From an uncultured Candidatus Saccharibacteria bacterium (GTDB taxonomy: Bacteria > Patescibacteriota > UBA1384 > XYA2-FULL-43-10 > 1-14-0-10-43-13): 32,000 nucleotides of DNA. This document shows, in pieces, positions 8,301-15,578 of this stretch. The notes beneath the pieces were generated by a model, which was not told the origin of the DNA, made no database searches, and was given only the letters and a program-made list of their open reading frames with translations. The stretch is taken from the NCBI GenBank assembly GCA_964543385.1, contig CAZIYE010000002.1, positions 1 through 32,000 on the forward strand, read 5' to 3'. Position numbers and translations under genes: made by a program. Positions within the stretch are counted from its first letter, which is position 1. Each line of letters opens with the position of its first letter.

Positions 8301-8958
8301 TACAGATGTGACTTCTATCTCATCAAATGGCACATATAAGGTGGGTCAAGCCATTATTATTCGACTTATTGCTTCTGAGACGGTTATAGTGTCCGGAAAA
8401 CCGAAATTGCAGCTTGATACTAATAACGGTGACCGCTTTGCTATCTATAGCCAAGGTTCGGGTTCTCCAAATATTGACTTTTCTTTTGAAGTCGACGTTA
8501 ACGATTCAACAGAAAGATTAAACTATGTTGATATAAATTCCCTGGGTATGAATGGCGGCTCGATTGTTGATTTAGCAGGAAATCCTCTAGTTGCAATTTT
8601 GCCATCGCCATCCGGCCCCAATTCCCTTGCTCATTATGCAAAAATTTTTATAGCGAAAACCACTAATGATTTTAACTCTCAAGGTACTCAAGATGATGGC
8701 CAGAGCATTTCCTCAATTAATTCTGAAAAAATAGTCACTCCCAAAACAATCGATGACAATTTAGAGGTAGCGGAAAATGAAAATACTGAACTAGCTCAAA
8801 AAGATACAGATAGAAGTAATGGTCAAAAAGAGTCAGCAATAAACGAGGTTAATGCTAAAAAAACACCTTTTAATACCATCGCACTTATTATCATATTGGG
8901 TATTGCTATTTCAGCTATTAGCTTTAGCGCTTTATCTAAGTTAAAACCCAGAAAATAA
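5329..8958 (+). CDS. Large secreted, membrane-anchored protein: right-handed beta-helix, polysaccharide deacetylase (NodB-like) domain, two Ig-like/surface repeats, C-terminal TM
   Basis: Signal peptide; VSIVIDDAA...HEIASHSSSHSYL (deacetylase metal motifs); two ~110-aa repeats YYAGDTLNILVEFSENVAVAGIPRLQMRTNNGD... and YKVGQAIIIRLIASETVIVSGKPKLQLDTNNGD...; C-terminal TM followed by KLKPRK. Confidence 0.85.
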   Translation: MIKKSSYLKICFVIFLILGISFPPVSRIAKASNPTYYVSVINGQLKYRLDNWPDGSNGTIPNPSDLNQLFFDLNNDKSIVLDAGTYSGTLLDATDGIDIGRSGQHIRSAVSTDPDYANRLGEVIIDGAGMNDDVFVLNASNNISGITIRGADGGKRNLVISSGTAIINDMILSGGDSGFLFSGSSNVTLNRVKVSNVSSYIGDVNGASANTTFNYGQFTDNASPIRVFNGNLTVNNSTLAGTKNEAIYIANNNGQQVMVNNSIITASSTDNANKNAILNSSSNASCTVNNTLIHSNPMNGNYLTSGCTLNNATTDEAAGFISPKRQGMVSIVIDDAASKDWFGTMADLAEERNFRLTWAVDTRYMSIHEYWGSAIDFANRGHEIASHSSSHSYLTELRGINIQYIGTGAAATLSIDAATKTLTTSVADKPSDNLSINLNNYTLHGLANFIASSKGGSAYVGTIASSNNNEVPASILSTVSNQSIKESIYIANLNADAYYSYEIQGSKTAIETQIGNGYVVKSLHYPFWQSNSNVRDAVSSAGYIGARGFDGTRLISDIAAFETYGIQVGNLFGALNTNPNETQIKGRVHALAQYLNHVGGFITLVAHNSLMEGDYTQQEWIWVMDALKESGIQVLPYGEAIEGIIQDAESTSGSDGSLHYLRSQLHLGDQSDYSLSPLSVGIDAGSNLSLTADFLGNPVYGSPDLGAFEFQPNYLIGDDQIDITAGAKIYADGKFRNLGTSSGNIADLVVKPEGGNFSTYGQNETRPVWLEIENIVWSNTGTRHKQWVENSDFPGLTNTLHVVGDLLPSKLYNVKVDSVLGQNITGDACTSGVCRSDSNGQITFTYTGTYSAHTFDIEEGDNFGPQIVSVTAENQDGYYYAGDTLNILVEFSENVAVAGIPRLQMRTNNGDKYANYYSGSNSSVLVFNYLVEIGDRTDDLDYSNVDSLDLNSGTIRDSVGNDAVLLLPLPGQQYSLGFNKTIIIDQEQPVVTDVTSISSNGTYKVGQAIIIRLIASETVIVSGKPKLQLDTNNGDRFAIYSQGSGSPNIDFSFEVDVNDSTERLNYVDINSLGMNGGSIVDLAGNPLVAILPSPSGPNSLAHYAKIFIAKTTNDFNSQGTQDDGQSISSINSEKIVTPKTIDDNLEVAENENTELAQKDTDRSNGQKESAINEVNAKKTPFNTIALIIILGIAISAISFSALSKLKPRK

Positions 8959-9035
8959 ATAGCTAATCTATGCAAGAGTTTTTGAGATGATGTCCAGCAA
9001 GTGGTATTTCCTTGCGAGTGAAATCTGAACCTTGT

Positions 9036-9060
9036 TTTTTGGGCCTAATTTTGTTATGAT
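9036..9060 (+). promoter_or_regulatory. 25-bp upstream motif shared with rny (tttttgggcctaattttgttatgat); contains TATGAT -10
   Basis: 23 of 25 bases identical to 20706..20730; TTGTTT - 17 - TATGAT (9032-9060) fits a promoter. Confidence 0.55.
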
Positions 9061-9070
9061 ATGGAGCATG

Positions 9071-9280
9071 ATGAGTAAAAATGAAAGCTCGATAAGCTTA
9101 GGTGATCAGATAAGAACTGCTAGAGAAAAGGCAGGACTGACACAAGCGGATGTTGCGAAGGCGGCTAGTATTGACGTCAGTTATTATGCTGAGATTGAGC
9201 GAAATGCTGTAAACCCTTCATATCGTAAGATTCAAGCGATTGCAAAAGTCCTCAAGATCAAGTCGATCAGTGTTTCATAA
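9071..9280 (+). CDS. XRE-family HTH transcriptional regulator (small)
   Basis: SLGDQIRTAREKAGLTQADVAKAASIDVSYYAEIERNAVNPSYRKIQAIAKVL; supplied ORF starts at 9032, but ATG 9071 or 9068 is more plausible. Confidence 0.88.
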   Translation: MSKNESSISLGDQIRTAREKAGLTQADVAKAASIDVSYYAEIERNAVNPSYRKIQAIAKVLKIKSISVS

Positions 9281-9490
9281 TCTACTCATTGTTTACATCG
9301 TTAAAAGCACTCATCAACTGGTTTAGCCAGCTTAAAAGGTGTTCAAAACAAAGTCCCTCAAGGGTACCATGAAGAAGATTTATACATTTTATTATTTGGT
9401 TATTAAATTATTTATTGTTTAAATTTAATAAAAATTATTCGTTAAATAGTCAAATGAAAAAATAACTAAATGAACAAATATGTGATTTTT

Positions 9491-9566
<76 letters not shown>

Positions 9567-9577
9567 TGAAATAAGAC

Positions 9578-9600
9578 AGACCCATCAACGGGTCTTTTTT
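9578..9600 (+). terminator. Intrinsic terminator after tRNA-Arg(TCT)
   Basis: agaccc-atcaac-gggtct followed by T run. Confidence 0.8.
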
Positions 9601-9632
9601 AAATCAGAGTGAGGGAACACCTTAAAACCGCA

Positions 9633-9670
9633 ATAAATAACAATCCCTCAACATGGAGATTGTTATTTAT
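9633..9670. repeat. Perfect 13-bp inverted repeat (hairpin)
   Basis: ataaataacaatc (9633-9645) / gattgttatttat (9658-9670), 12-nt loop; just downstream of the minus-strand gene ending at 9679. Confidence 0.75.
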
Positions 9671-9678
9671 ATGAACTA

Positions 9679-10011
9679 TTAATTATTTCTATCCTGGTCA
9701 TCTTTTCTGCGGCGTATTTCCTCATGATAACTAGTACTTGGTCTTTCTTCTCTTGATACACCTATAATAGCCCTTACAATGGCTATAAAGACAACGGCAC
9801 CGATCACTCCCCAAAGAATACCTAAAACTGAAAAGGCGCCAGAACTCAGCGCAGTTCCTATTCCTAATACGCTGCCGAAGAACCATCTTCCAATAAGTGA
9901 TCCGATAATTCCCACGATCATATCAGTTACGATTCCTTGTCTAGTTTTCATTATTGCACTTGCAATCCAACCTATTAGAATACCAGTGATGATTGCTAGA
10001 ATCCAACTCAT
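9679..10011 (-). CDS. GlsB/YeaQ/YmgE-family stress response membrane protein
   Basis: GILIGWIASAIMKTRQGIVTDMIVGIIGSLIGRWFF pattern. Confidence 0.85.
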   Translation of the reverse strand: MSWILAIITGILIGWIASAIMKTRQGIVTDMIVGIIGSLIGRWFFGSVLGIGTALSSGAFSVLGILWGVIGAVVFIAIVRAIIGVSREERPSTSYHEEIRRRKDDQDRNN

Positions 10012-10073
10012 CGCAATCCTTTCATTAAATTTATTTTTAAATCCTCAAACATTATCTGATGATTAACCTCGAC

Positions 10074-10439
10074 CTAATTTATGTCATCAGAATCTTGGTC
10101 TTTGTTTTTATCATTTTTCTCCCGAAATTCCTGATGATAAGCAGCTCCCATTTCATTACGTTGTGAACGGGCTTTGCTTACAGAAATACCTTCGACAATC
10201 CATGAGAGAATTAGAGAACCCAAAAGTGCCCAGGTCAATCCTCTGGTGCTGAAACTGTCAAGATTAGCGCTGAGCCCACCTCCTTGACCGAACAAATTGC
10301 CAAAAAGCAGAACACCCAGAAAAGCACCAATTCCGCCGGCAATTGTGTCAGACACAATGTTACGTTCACTACGACGAAATGCATAACTTGAAAACCAGCC
10401 AACAAGTCCGCCAATTAATATTGCTAAAATCCAACTCAT
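10074..10439 (-). CDS. GlsB/YeaQ/YmgE-family membrane protein, paralog of the previous gene
   Basis: MSWILAILIGGLVGWFSSYAFRRSERNIVSDTIAGGIGAFLGVLLFGNLFG. Confidence 0.85.
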   Translation of the reverse strand: MSWILAILIGGLVGWFSSYAFRRSERNIVSDTIAGGIGAFLGVLLFGNLFGQGGGLSANLDSFSTRGLTWALLGSLILSWIVEGISVSKARSQRNEMGAAYHQEFREKNDKNKDQDSDDIN

Positions 10440-10631
10440 CTAAACTCCTTTCCTAAATAATTATTTCCATACAAAATTCATAATAGATATAATTCAGTTC
10501 GGTTACGATGTTCTTTTTCACAAATTATAATTACCGAACTTGATTCGCCTTGAAAAATTTCTAGTAATTTGGTATTATATTTTAAGTTTTAGTAGGCTAT
10601 TAATTTCTTGCCTCGACATCAAACTATAAAA

Positions 10632-10706
10632 GGATTGGTAGCTCAATGGTAGAGCAGTGGCCTCTTAAGCCATTGGTTGTGGGTCCGATTCCCACCCAAT
10701 CCACCA
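10632..10706 (+). tRNA. tRNA-Lys(CTT)
   Basis: ggattgg/ccaatcc-a-cca, anticodon arm gtggc-ctCTTaa-gccat; T loop tccgatt. Confidence 0.93.
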
Positions 10707-10709
10707 AAA

Positions 10710-10784
10710 GGCCTCATCGTCTATCGGTTAGGACACCACGCTTTCAATGTGGTAAGAGGGGTTCGACTCCCCTTGAGGCTACCA
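10710..10784 (+). tRNA. tRNA-Glu(TTC)
   Basis: ggcctca/tgaggct-a-cca, anticodon arm ccacg-ctTTCaa-tgtgg. Confidence 0.94.
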
Positions 10785-10866
10785 AATGAATCGAACAACT
10801 TTATATTAATGATTTATCTCTCTGGAATTCATATTCTGGTGTTCGATAAACATTGCGAGTTATATG

Positions 10867-10896
10867 AAAAAGCATTGCTGCGAGGCGATGCTTTTT
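10867..10896 (+). terminator. Intrinsic terminator-like hairpin
   Basis: aaaaagcat / atgcttttt, 12-nt loop, downstream of the tRNA pair. Confidence 0.6.
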
Positions 10897-10915
10897 CATT
10901 TACAAAACTAAGTAC

Positions 10916-10943
10916 TTGACAACATAGTATTTGGGTATATATT
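10916..10943 (+). promoter_or_regulatory. Promoter for the 13-gene cluster
   Basis: TTGACA - 16 - TATATT, then aaaggaggtgag RBS before the first gene. Confidence 0.7.
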
Positions 10944-10975
10944 CATAAAGTAGACATAAAAAATTTTGAAAGGAG

Positions 10976-11224
10976 GTGAGAAAAATGCCAAATTTAGATC
11001 AAACAGGTCCGCAAGGACAGGGTCCCATGACCGGACGAGGAATGGGTCCATGTGGAGGCGGAGCGCGTCGAGGGATGGGTTGTGGTAGAGGTTACGGACG
11101 TTTCGCAGGCCGTTCATATCTATCAAAATCCGAGGAATTGGATGAGCTGGAAGATGAAGCCAAGGCAATGGAAGCTGACCTAAAAGCTCTCAAGGAAAGA
11201 ATCTCTGAGATCAGGGGAGAATAG
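10976..11224 (+). CDS. DUF5320-like small Gly/Arg/Met-rich protein with coiled-coil C terminus
   Basis: MPNLDQTGPQGQGPMTGRGMGPCGGGARRGMGCGRGYGRF...; strong RBS. ATG at 10985 is the likely start. Confidence 0.75.
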   Translation: MRKMPNLDQTGPQGQGPMTGRGMGPCGGGARRGMGCGRGYGRFAGRSYLSKSEELDELEDEAKAMEADLKALKERISEIRGE

Positions 11225-11232
11225 AAAAAGCC

Positions 11233-11272
11233 GTCCCGATGCTCCGGAAATTTATCCGGAGATCGGGGCGAC
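11233..11272. repeat. GC-rich imperfect palindrome between genes 1 and 2 of the cluster
   Basis: cgtcccgatgctccgga-aattta... / tccggagatcggggcg, one bulge. Confidence 0.7.
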
Positions 11273-11332
11273 CCGCAATTAGATTATTATCAAAAAATCA
11301 TCTTTAATCAATATTAAAGCGAGGGAAAAGTA

Positions 11333-12064
11333 ATGAGATTAGAAAATAAGGTTGCTATTGTAACAGGCGCTTCATCTGGCATAGGAAGAGCAATCGCCGA
11401 AAAATTTACAAAAGAAGGTGCCAGGGTTATTTATTCCGACATAAACGCACCGGAAGGTTTCGAAAAAACGGACAGTGTCCTGTTTGTTAAATGCGATGTT
11501 TCTAAATCAGAAGAAGTAGAAACTTTAATCGACAAAGCAATTGATCATTTTGGCAGGATTGACATTATGGTAAACAACGCCGGAATCGGCGGATTAGGCG
11601 GTGTGCTTGATGTAACTGATGAAAATTGGGATAAAACAATCGGAATAAATCTTTCTGGCGTAATGTATGGTATGCGGGCAGCGGCTAATAAAATGAAGGA
11701 AGCTGGCATTAAAGGCGTAATTATAAATATGAGTTCAATTTTGGGTAGTGTCGGTTTTAATGGAGCTATCGCATACTGCGCGGCAAAAGGGGGTATTGTT
11801 CAACTCACTCACGCAGGATCTCTCGACCTCGCTCAGTACCAAATTAGGGTAAACGCTATTGCCCCAGGTTTCATTGAAACAAATATGACAAAAGATATAC
11901 TTAAAAATGAACAATTTAATCAATTAGTAACTGGTTCAACTCCATTGGGCTATGTTGGCGAGCCGGATGATATTGCCAATGCCGCTGTTTACTTGGCATC
12001 AGATGAGGCCAAATATGTCACCGGTAATATTCTTTATGTTGATGGCGGCTGGACGGCTAAATAG
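11333..12064 (+). CDS. SDR-family oxidoreductase (FabG/glucose-1-dehydrogenase-like)
   Basis: VTGASSGIGRAIAEKF, NNAGIGG, YCAAKGG, 3' signature GGWTAK. Confidence 0.95.
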   Translation: MRLENKVAIVTGASSGIGRAIAEKFTKEGARVIYSDINAPEGFEKTDSVLFVKCDVSKSEEVETLIDKAIDHFGRIDIMVNNAGIGGLGGVLDVTDENWDKTIGINLSGVMYGMRAAANKMKEAGIKGVIINMSSILGSVGFNGAIAYCAAKGGIVQLTHAGSLDLAQYQIRVNAIAPGFIETNMTKDILKNEQFNQLVTGSTPLGYVGEPDDIANAAVYLASDEAKYVTGNILYVDGGWTAK

Positions 12065-12074
12065 AAAGGAAGCA

Positions 12075-12557
12075 ATGAGACCAAGAAAATTTAGGCATGT
12101 TTGTATGAATCCTGAAATAAGATTCTTTAAACCTCAGGGTGTTCCGATGAGCCAGTTGGAAGTTATTGATCTAACTGACGAAGAGCTTGAAGCATTAAGG
12201 CTAAAGAATATAGAGGATCTAGATCAAATAGTTGCCGCAGAAAAAATGGGCACATCGCAAAGTACTTTCCAAAGGATTCTAACTTCGGCTTACAAAAAAA
12301 TTTCCGACGCGTTGGTAAACGGCAAAGCGATTAAAATCAAAGAGATTGAAAGACCGATGAGAAAGTTTGAATGTTGGAAGTGCAAACACACATGGGAGGA
12401 GCCTTTTGGCAATGGCAGGCGCGGAATTGATATGAGCTGCCCGGAGTGCAAAGGCGAAGAGATTCATCGTTGTGATAACAACGGTCATGGTTTTGGCAAT
12501 CAATTTTGGGGGCACAAAGGTGGAACGGATAAAATAGATAAAAGCTCTGGCAATTAA
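12075..12557 (+). CDS. DUF134-like HTH protein with C-terminal zinc-ribbon extension
   Basis: MRPRKFRHVCMNPEIRFFKPQGVPMSQLEVIDLTDEELEALRLKNIEDLDQIVAAEKMGTSQSTFQRIL...FECWKCKHTW...MSCPECKG. Supplied ORF starts at 11952, but ATG 12075 matches the family N terminus. Confidence 0.88.
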   Translation: MRPRKFRHVCMNPEIRFFKPQGVPMSQLEVIDLTDEELEALRLKNIEDLDQIVAAEKMGTSQSTFQRILTSAYKKISDALVNGKAIKIKEIERPMRKFECWKCKHTWEEPFGNGRRGIDMSCPECKGEEIHRCDNNGHGFGNQFWGHKGGTDKIDKSSGN

Positions 12558-12631
12558 ATATTTTCGATATTAAAGATCAATAAATCAATGACCTATACGA
12601 AGAAGAGTGAATAATTAACTAAATAATTTTC

Positions 12632-12850
12632 ATGCAAAAATCAAAAATATCAGGGATTCTAATGATTTCCTCAGCTATAATTCTCGCAGCCTTAGTAATC
12701 GGCTATACTGTTCTATTTTCAATTTTTGGGATCAAATCCGGTGGTTCGTTTTTAATGGTTATTCCCTTACTTGTAATCGCAGTTGGCGTAATAATGGCTC
12801 TATTTTTTCTTTTGCGCGCTGGAATTAAGCAGATAAAAAATAATAAATAA
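12632..12850 (+). CDS. Small two-TM membrane protein
   Basis: 72 aa, two hydrophobic helices, co-directional. Confidence 0.6.
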   Translation: MQKSKISGILMISSAIILAALVIGYTVLFSIFGIKSGGSFLMVIPLLVIAVGVIMALFFLLRAGIKQIKNNK

Positions 12851-12885
12851 TTTAGCGTTGTTTTATAATGCTGACGGAGGAGTAA

Positions 12886-13155
12886 ATGAAAGTACTAAAA
12901 TTTGGTGCCATATGGTGTCCTGGTTGTTTGATTATGAAGCCGATGTGGCAAGAAATTGAGAAAGAAAACAGTTGGCTTAAGAATGAATACTATGACTATG
13001 ATGAAAACAGAGAGATGGCTGATAAATGGCAAGTCAATGATACTCTGCCTACTTTTATCTTTGTCGATAAAGACGAGAACGAGATTCTACGCCTACAGGG
13101 CGAGCGCTCAAAGACAGAACTGTTAAAACTTATTGAAGAGTATAAGGACAAGTAA
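12886..13155 (+). CDS. Thioredoxin-fold protein (CPGC active site)
   Basis: KFGAIWCPGCLIMKPMWQEIEKE...LPTFIFVDKDENEILRLQG; RBS ggagg. Confidence 0.88.
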   Translation: MKVLKFGAIWCPGCLIMKPMWQEIEKENSWLKNEYYDYDENREMADKWQVNDTLPTFIFVDKDENEILRLQGERSKTELLKLIEEYKDK

Positions 13156-14324
13156 TGAAGAAGATTGCAGCTATACTTTTTGCGGCATTTTTTGCTGCAA
13201 CACTATTTTTACCTTTAAGGTCTTTTGCGGCCGAAGAAAAGATAATTTTCTTTTGGGCAGAGGGCTGTCCTCACTGCGCAGCTGAAAGCGTATTTTTGGA
13301 AAAGCTGGTATCGGAGAATTCTGGGCTTTCAGTAGAAAAGCATGAGGTATCCAAAAGCAAAGAAAATCAACAGCTTCTAGTCGATTGGAGTAAAAAGTTA
13401 AATTTTGATGCCAACGGTGTCCCTGTGACGATTATCGGAGAAAAATATGTATTGGGATACATGGATGGTATTACCGATTCGAAGATTGAAAGTTTCCTTG
13501 TTTCCCCTGCAGACCTTAAGGGTAGTGGCGAAGTTTGCGCAATTGATCGACCATGTGATGACAAAGAGGTAAACAATCACAAGATAAAACTGCCTTTTTT
13601 TGGCGAGATTGAAACCAAAAACTTCTCACTGCCGATTCTCTCAATTGTTATCGGCATACTTGATGGCTTCAATCCTTGCGCTATGTGGACTCTGCTATTT
13701 TTGATCAGCTTGCTTCTCGGTATGAAGGATAGAAAAAGAATGTGGATACTGGGGTCTGCTTTTATTGTTGCCTCTGCCGCAGTTTACTTTGTCTTTATGT
13801 CGGCGTGGCTGAATCTGTTGCTTTTTATCGGATTAATTGCGACAGTCCGCATAATCATCGGCTTGGTCTCGCTTGGCGGTGGAATGTACAGTCTCAAGGA
13901 TTTTGCGACCAATAAAGAGGGCGGCTGCAAAGTTACGGATAATGAAAAAAGGAAGGCAACTTTTGAGAAAATAAAGCATATTGTTCACGAAAGAAGCTTC
14001 ATCTTGGCTCTTTTTGGAATCATTATATTGGCCTTTGCTGTTAATCTTGTGGAGCTTATTTGCTCAGCTGGCCTTCCGGCTGTATATACTCAAATCCTGA
14101 CGATGAGCAACTTGCATGTTTGGCAGTATTACCTCTATATCTTGCTTTATGTTTTCTTTTTTATGCTCGACGATCTTATTATCTTTTTCATCGCGATGTT
14201 TACATTGCAACTCACGGGTATAACTACTCGCTACTCTCGAATTTCTAGACTAGTTGGTGGTATACTGATGTTAGTAATCGGTTTAATTTTAATATTTAAG
14301 CCTTCATGGCTAATGTTTGGATAA
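13155..14324 (+). CDS. Glutaredoxin/thioredoxin-like domain (CPHC) fused to CcdA/DsbD-like membrane domain
   Basis: Signal peptide, FWAEGCPHCAAE, then GILDGFNPCAMWTLLFLISLLLG and ELICSAGLPAVYTQIL; TAATG overlap with previous gene. Confidence 0.88.
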   Translation: MKKIAAILFAAFFAATLFLPLRSFAAEEKIIFFWAEGCPHCAAESVFLEKLVSENSGLSVEKHEVSKSKENQQLLVDWSKKLNFDANGVPVTIIGEKYVLGYMDGITDSKIESFLVSPADLKGSGEVCAIDRPCDDKEVNNHKIKLPFFGEIETKNFSLPILSIVIGILDGFNPCAMWTLLFLISLLLGMKDRKRMWILGSAFIVASAAVYFVFMSAWLNLLLFIGLIATVRIIIGLVSLGGGMYSLKDFATNKEGGCKVTDNEKRKATFEKIKHIVHERSFILALFGIIILAFAVNLVELICSAGLPAVYTQILTMSNLHVWQYYLYILLYVFFFMLDDLIIFFIAMFTLQLTGITTRYSRISRLVGGILMLVIGLILIFKPSWLMFG

Positions 14325-14326
14325 GT

Positions 14327-15544
14327 ATGCTTAACGAAATTATTAAAAATTACACTAAAAAAATTGTTTTCTCTGCACTTTTTTTATTTTTGGCTCTCAT
14401 ACCGTTTGCAGCTAAAGCCGCAGAACAAGTTTCGGTTGATGAGGACTCAATCAATTTTCAAGAAGTGGGAAAAGTAAGTCTTGAAGAAAATTCTGAAAAT
14501 ATAGGCAACACTTCTGAATCGGAGCAAAAAATTGAGGCCTTGGTTCTGGAAGTTCTAAACCAAAAAGAAGTTGAAGATGAACTTGGTAAAAAAATCGTCT
14601 TACAAAATATTAAATTGAGAGGTTTGAATAACGGATACAAAGGTAAGGAGATAGAATTCTTGGGGATCGAAAATAATATTTCGACGAAACAAACTTATGA
14701 AAAAGGCGATAGGTTATTCGTTTGGATAAAAGATGATACTAATGGCAGAACGGTAATAATCGAAGATGCCGTTCGAACCAATTCAATTATTTGGCTCTTG
14801 CTGATATTTGTCGCAGTAGTACTCATTATTGCTAGAGGTCATGGCTTAAGATCGCTCATTTCCTTATTTTTAACTTTTGTCATCATAATTAAGTGGGTTG
14901 TCCCAGCGATATCTAGTGGATCAAATCCATTATTCATAACTCTCCTCGCTGCTTTTGCGATTCTTTTATCCTCAATTTTGTTAGTCTATGGGTGGAATAA
15001 AAAATCAGGCATTGCTATTGCTGGTACTTTTGCAGGTGTTTTAATAACTCTTGTTTTATCAGTAATCTTTAGCAACTTAACTGAGCTGACTGGTTTTGCA
15101 GCCGAAGAAAGCATGTATCTGATCGATATCTTTAAAAACGAAATTAGCCTAAAAGGATTGTTATTATCAGGTTTTGTTCTTGGCTCTCTCGGGATACTGG
15201 ACGATATTGCTGTGACACAGGTCTCCGCTGTCGAAGAAATTAGAAGAGCCAACCCAAATATTTCACAATCGAATCTTTACAAAAGCGCCATGAGGGTCGG
15301 AATTGATCATATTTCTTCGATGATCAACACTCTGTTTTTAGCTTACGCTGGTGCCTCCTTTTTCTTGTTATTTTTATTTAATATTAAACAGCCGCCTTTT
15401 GAAAACTTTTCTGCTGTGATTAACAACGAAATAATTTCCACTGAAATAGTAAGGACTTTGGTTGGCAGTATCGGTTTGATTTTATGCGTTCCAATTACTA
15501 CATATATCGCAAGTACATTTTTCCATAAAAATGCTAGTAAATAG
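14327..15544 (+). CDS. YibE/F-family multi-TM protein
   Basis: GKEIEF...GDRLFVWI...RGHGLRSLISLFLTF...GILDDIAVTQVSAVEEIRRANP. Supplied ORF starts at 14306. Confidence 0.88.
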   Translation: MLNEIIKNYTKKIVFSALFLFLALIPFAAKAAEQVSVDEDSINFQEVGKVSLEENSENIGNTSESEQKIEALVLEVLNQKEVEDELGKKIVLQNIKLRGLNNGYKGKEIEFLGIENNISTKQTYEKGDRLFVWIKDDTNGRTVIIEDAVRTNSIIWLLLIFVAVVLIIARGHGLRSLISLFLTFVIIIKWVVPAISSGSNPLFITLLAAFAILLSSILLVYGWNKKSGIAIAGTFAGVLITLVLSVIFSNLTELTGFAAEESMYLIDIFKNEISLKGLLLSGFVLGSLGILDDIAVTQVSAVEEIRRANPNISQSNLYKSAMRVGIDHISSMINTLFLAYAGASFFLLFLFNIKQPPFENFSAVINNEIISTEIVRTLVGSIGLILCVPITTYIASTFFHKNASK

Positions 15545-15578
15545 TCAGCATCACAATTAGGTTAAAAGAAGGGGCAAG

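Noticed and set aside
9300-9366. tRNA-like fragment because both peptide copies end near 'ggtacca'/'ggctacca' on the plus strand
   Set aside because: No cloverleaf or T-arm pairing; substitution pattern fits minus-strand codons better.
9779-10066. Plus-strand 95-aa ORF opposite GlsB-like gene
   Set aside because: Antisense shadow; minus-strand product has clear family pattern.
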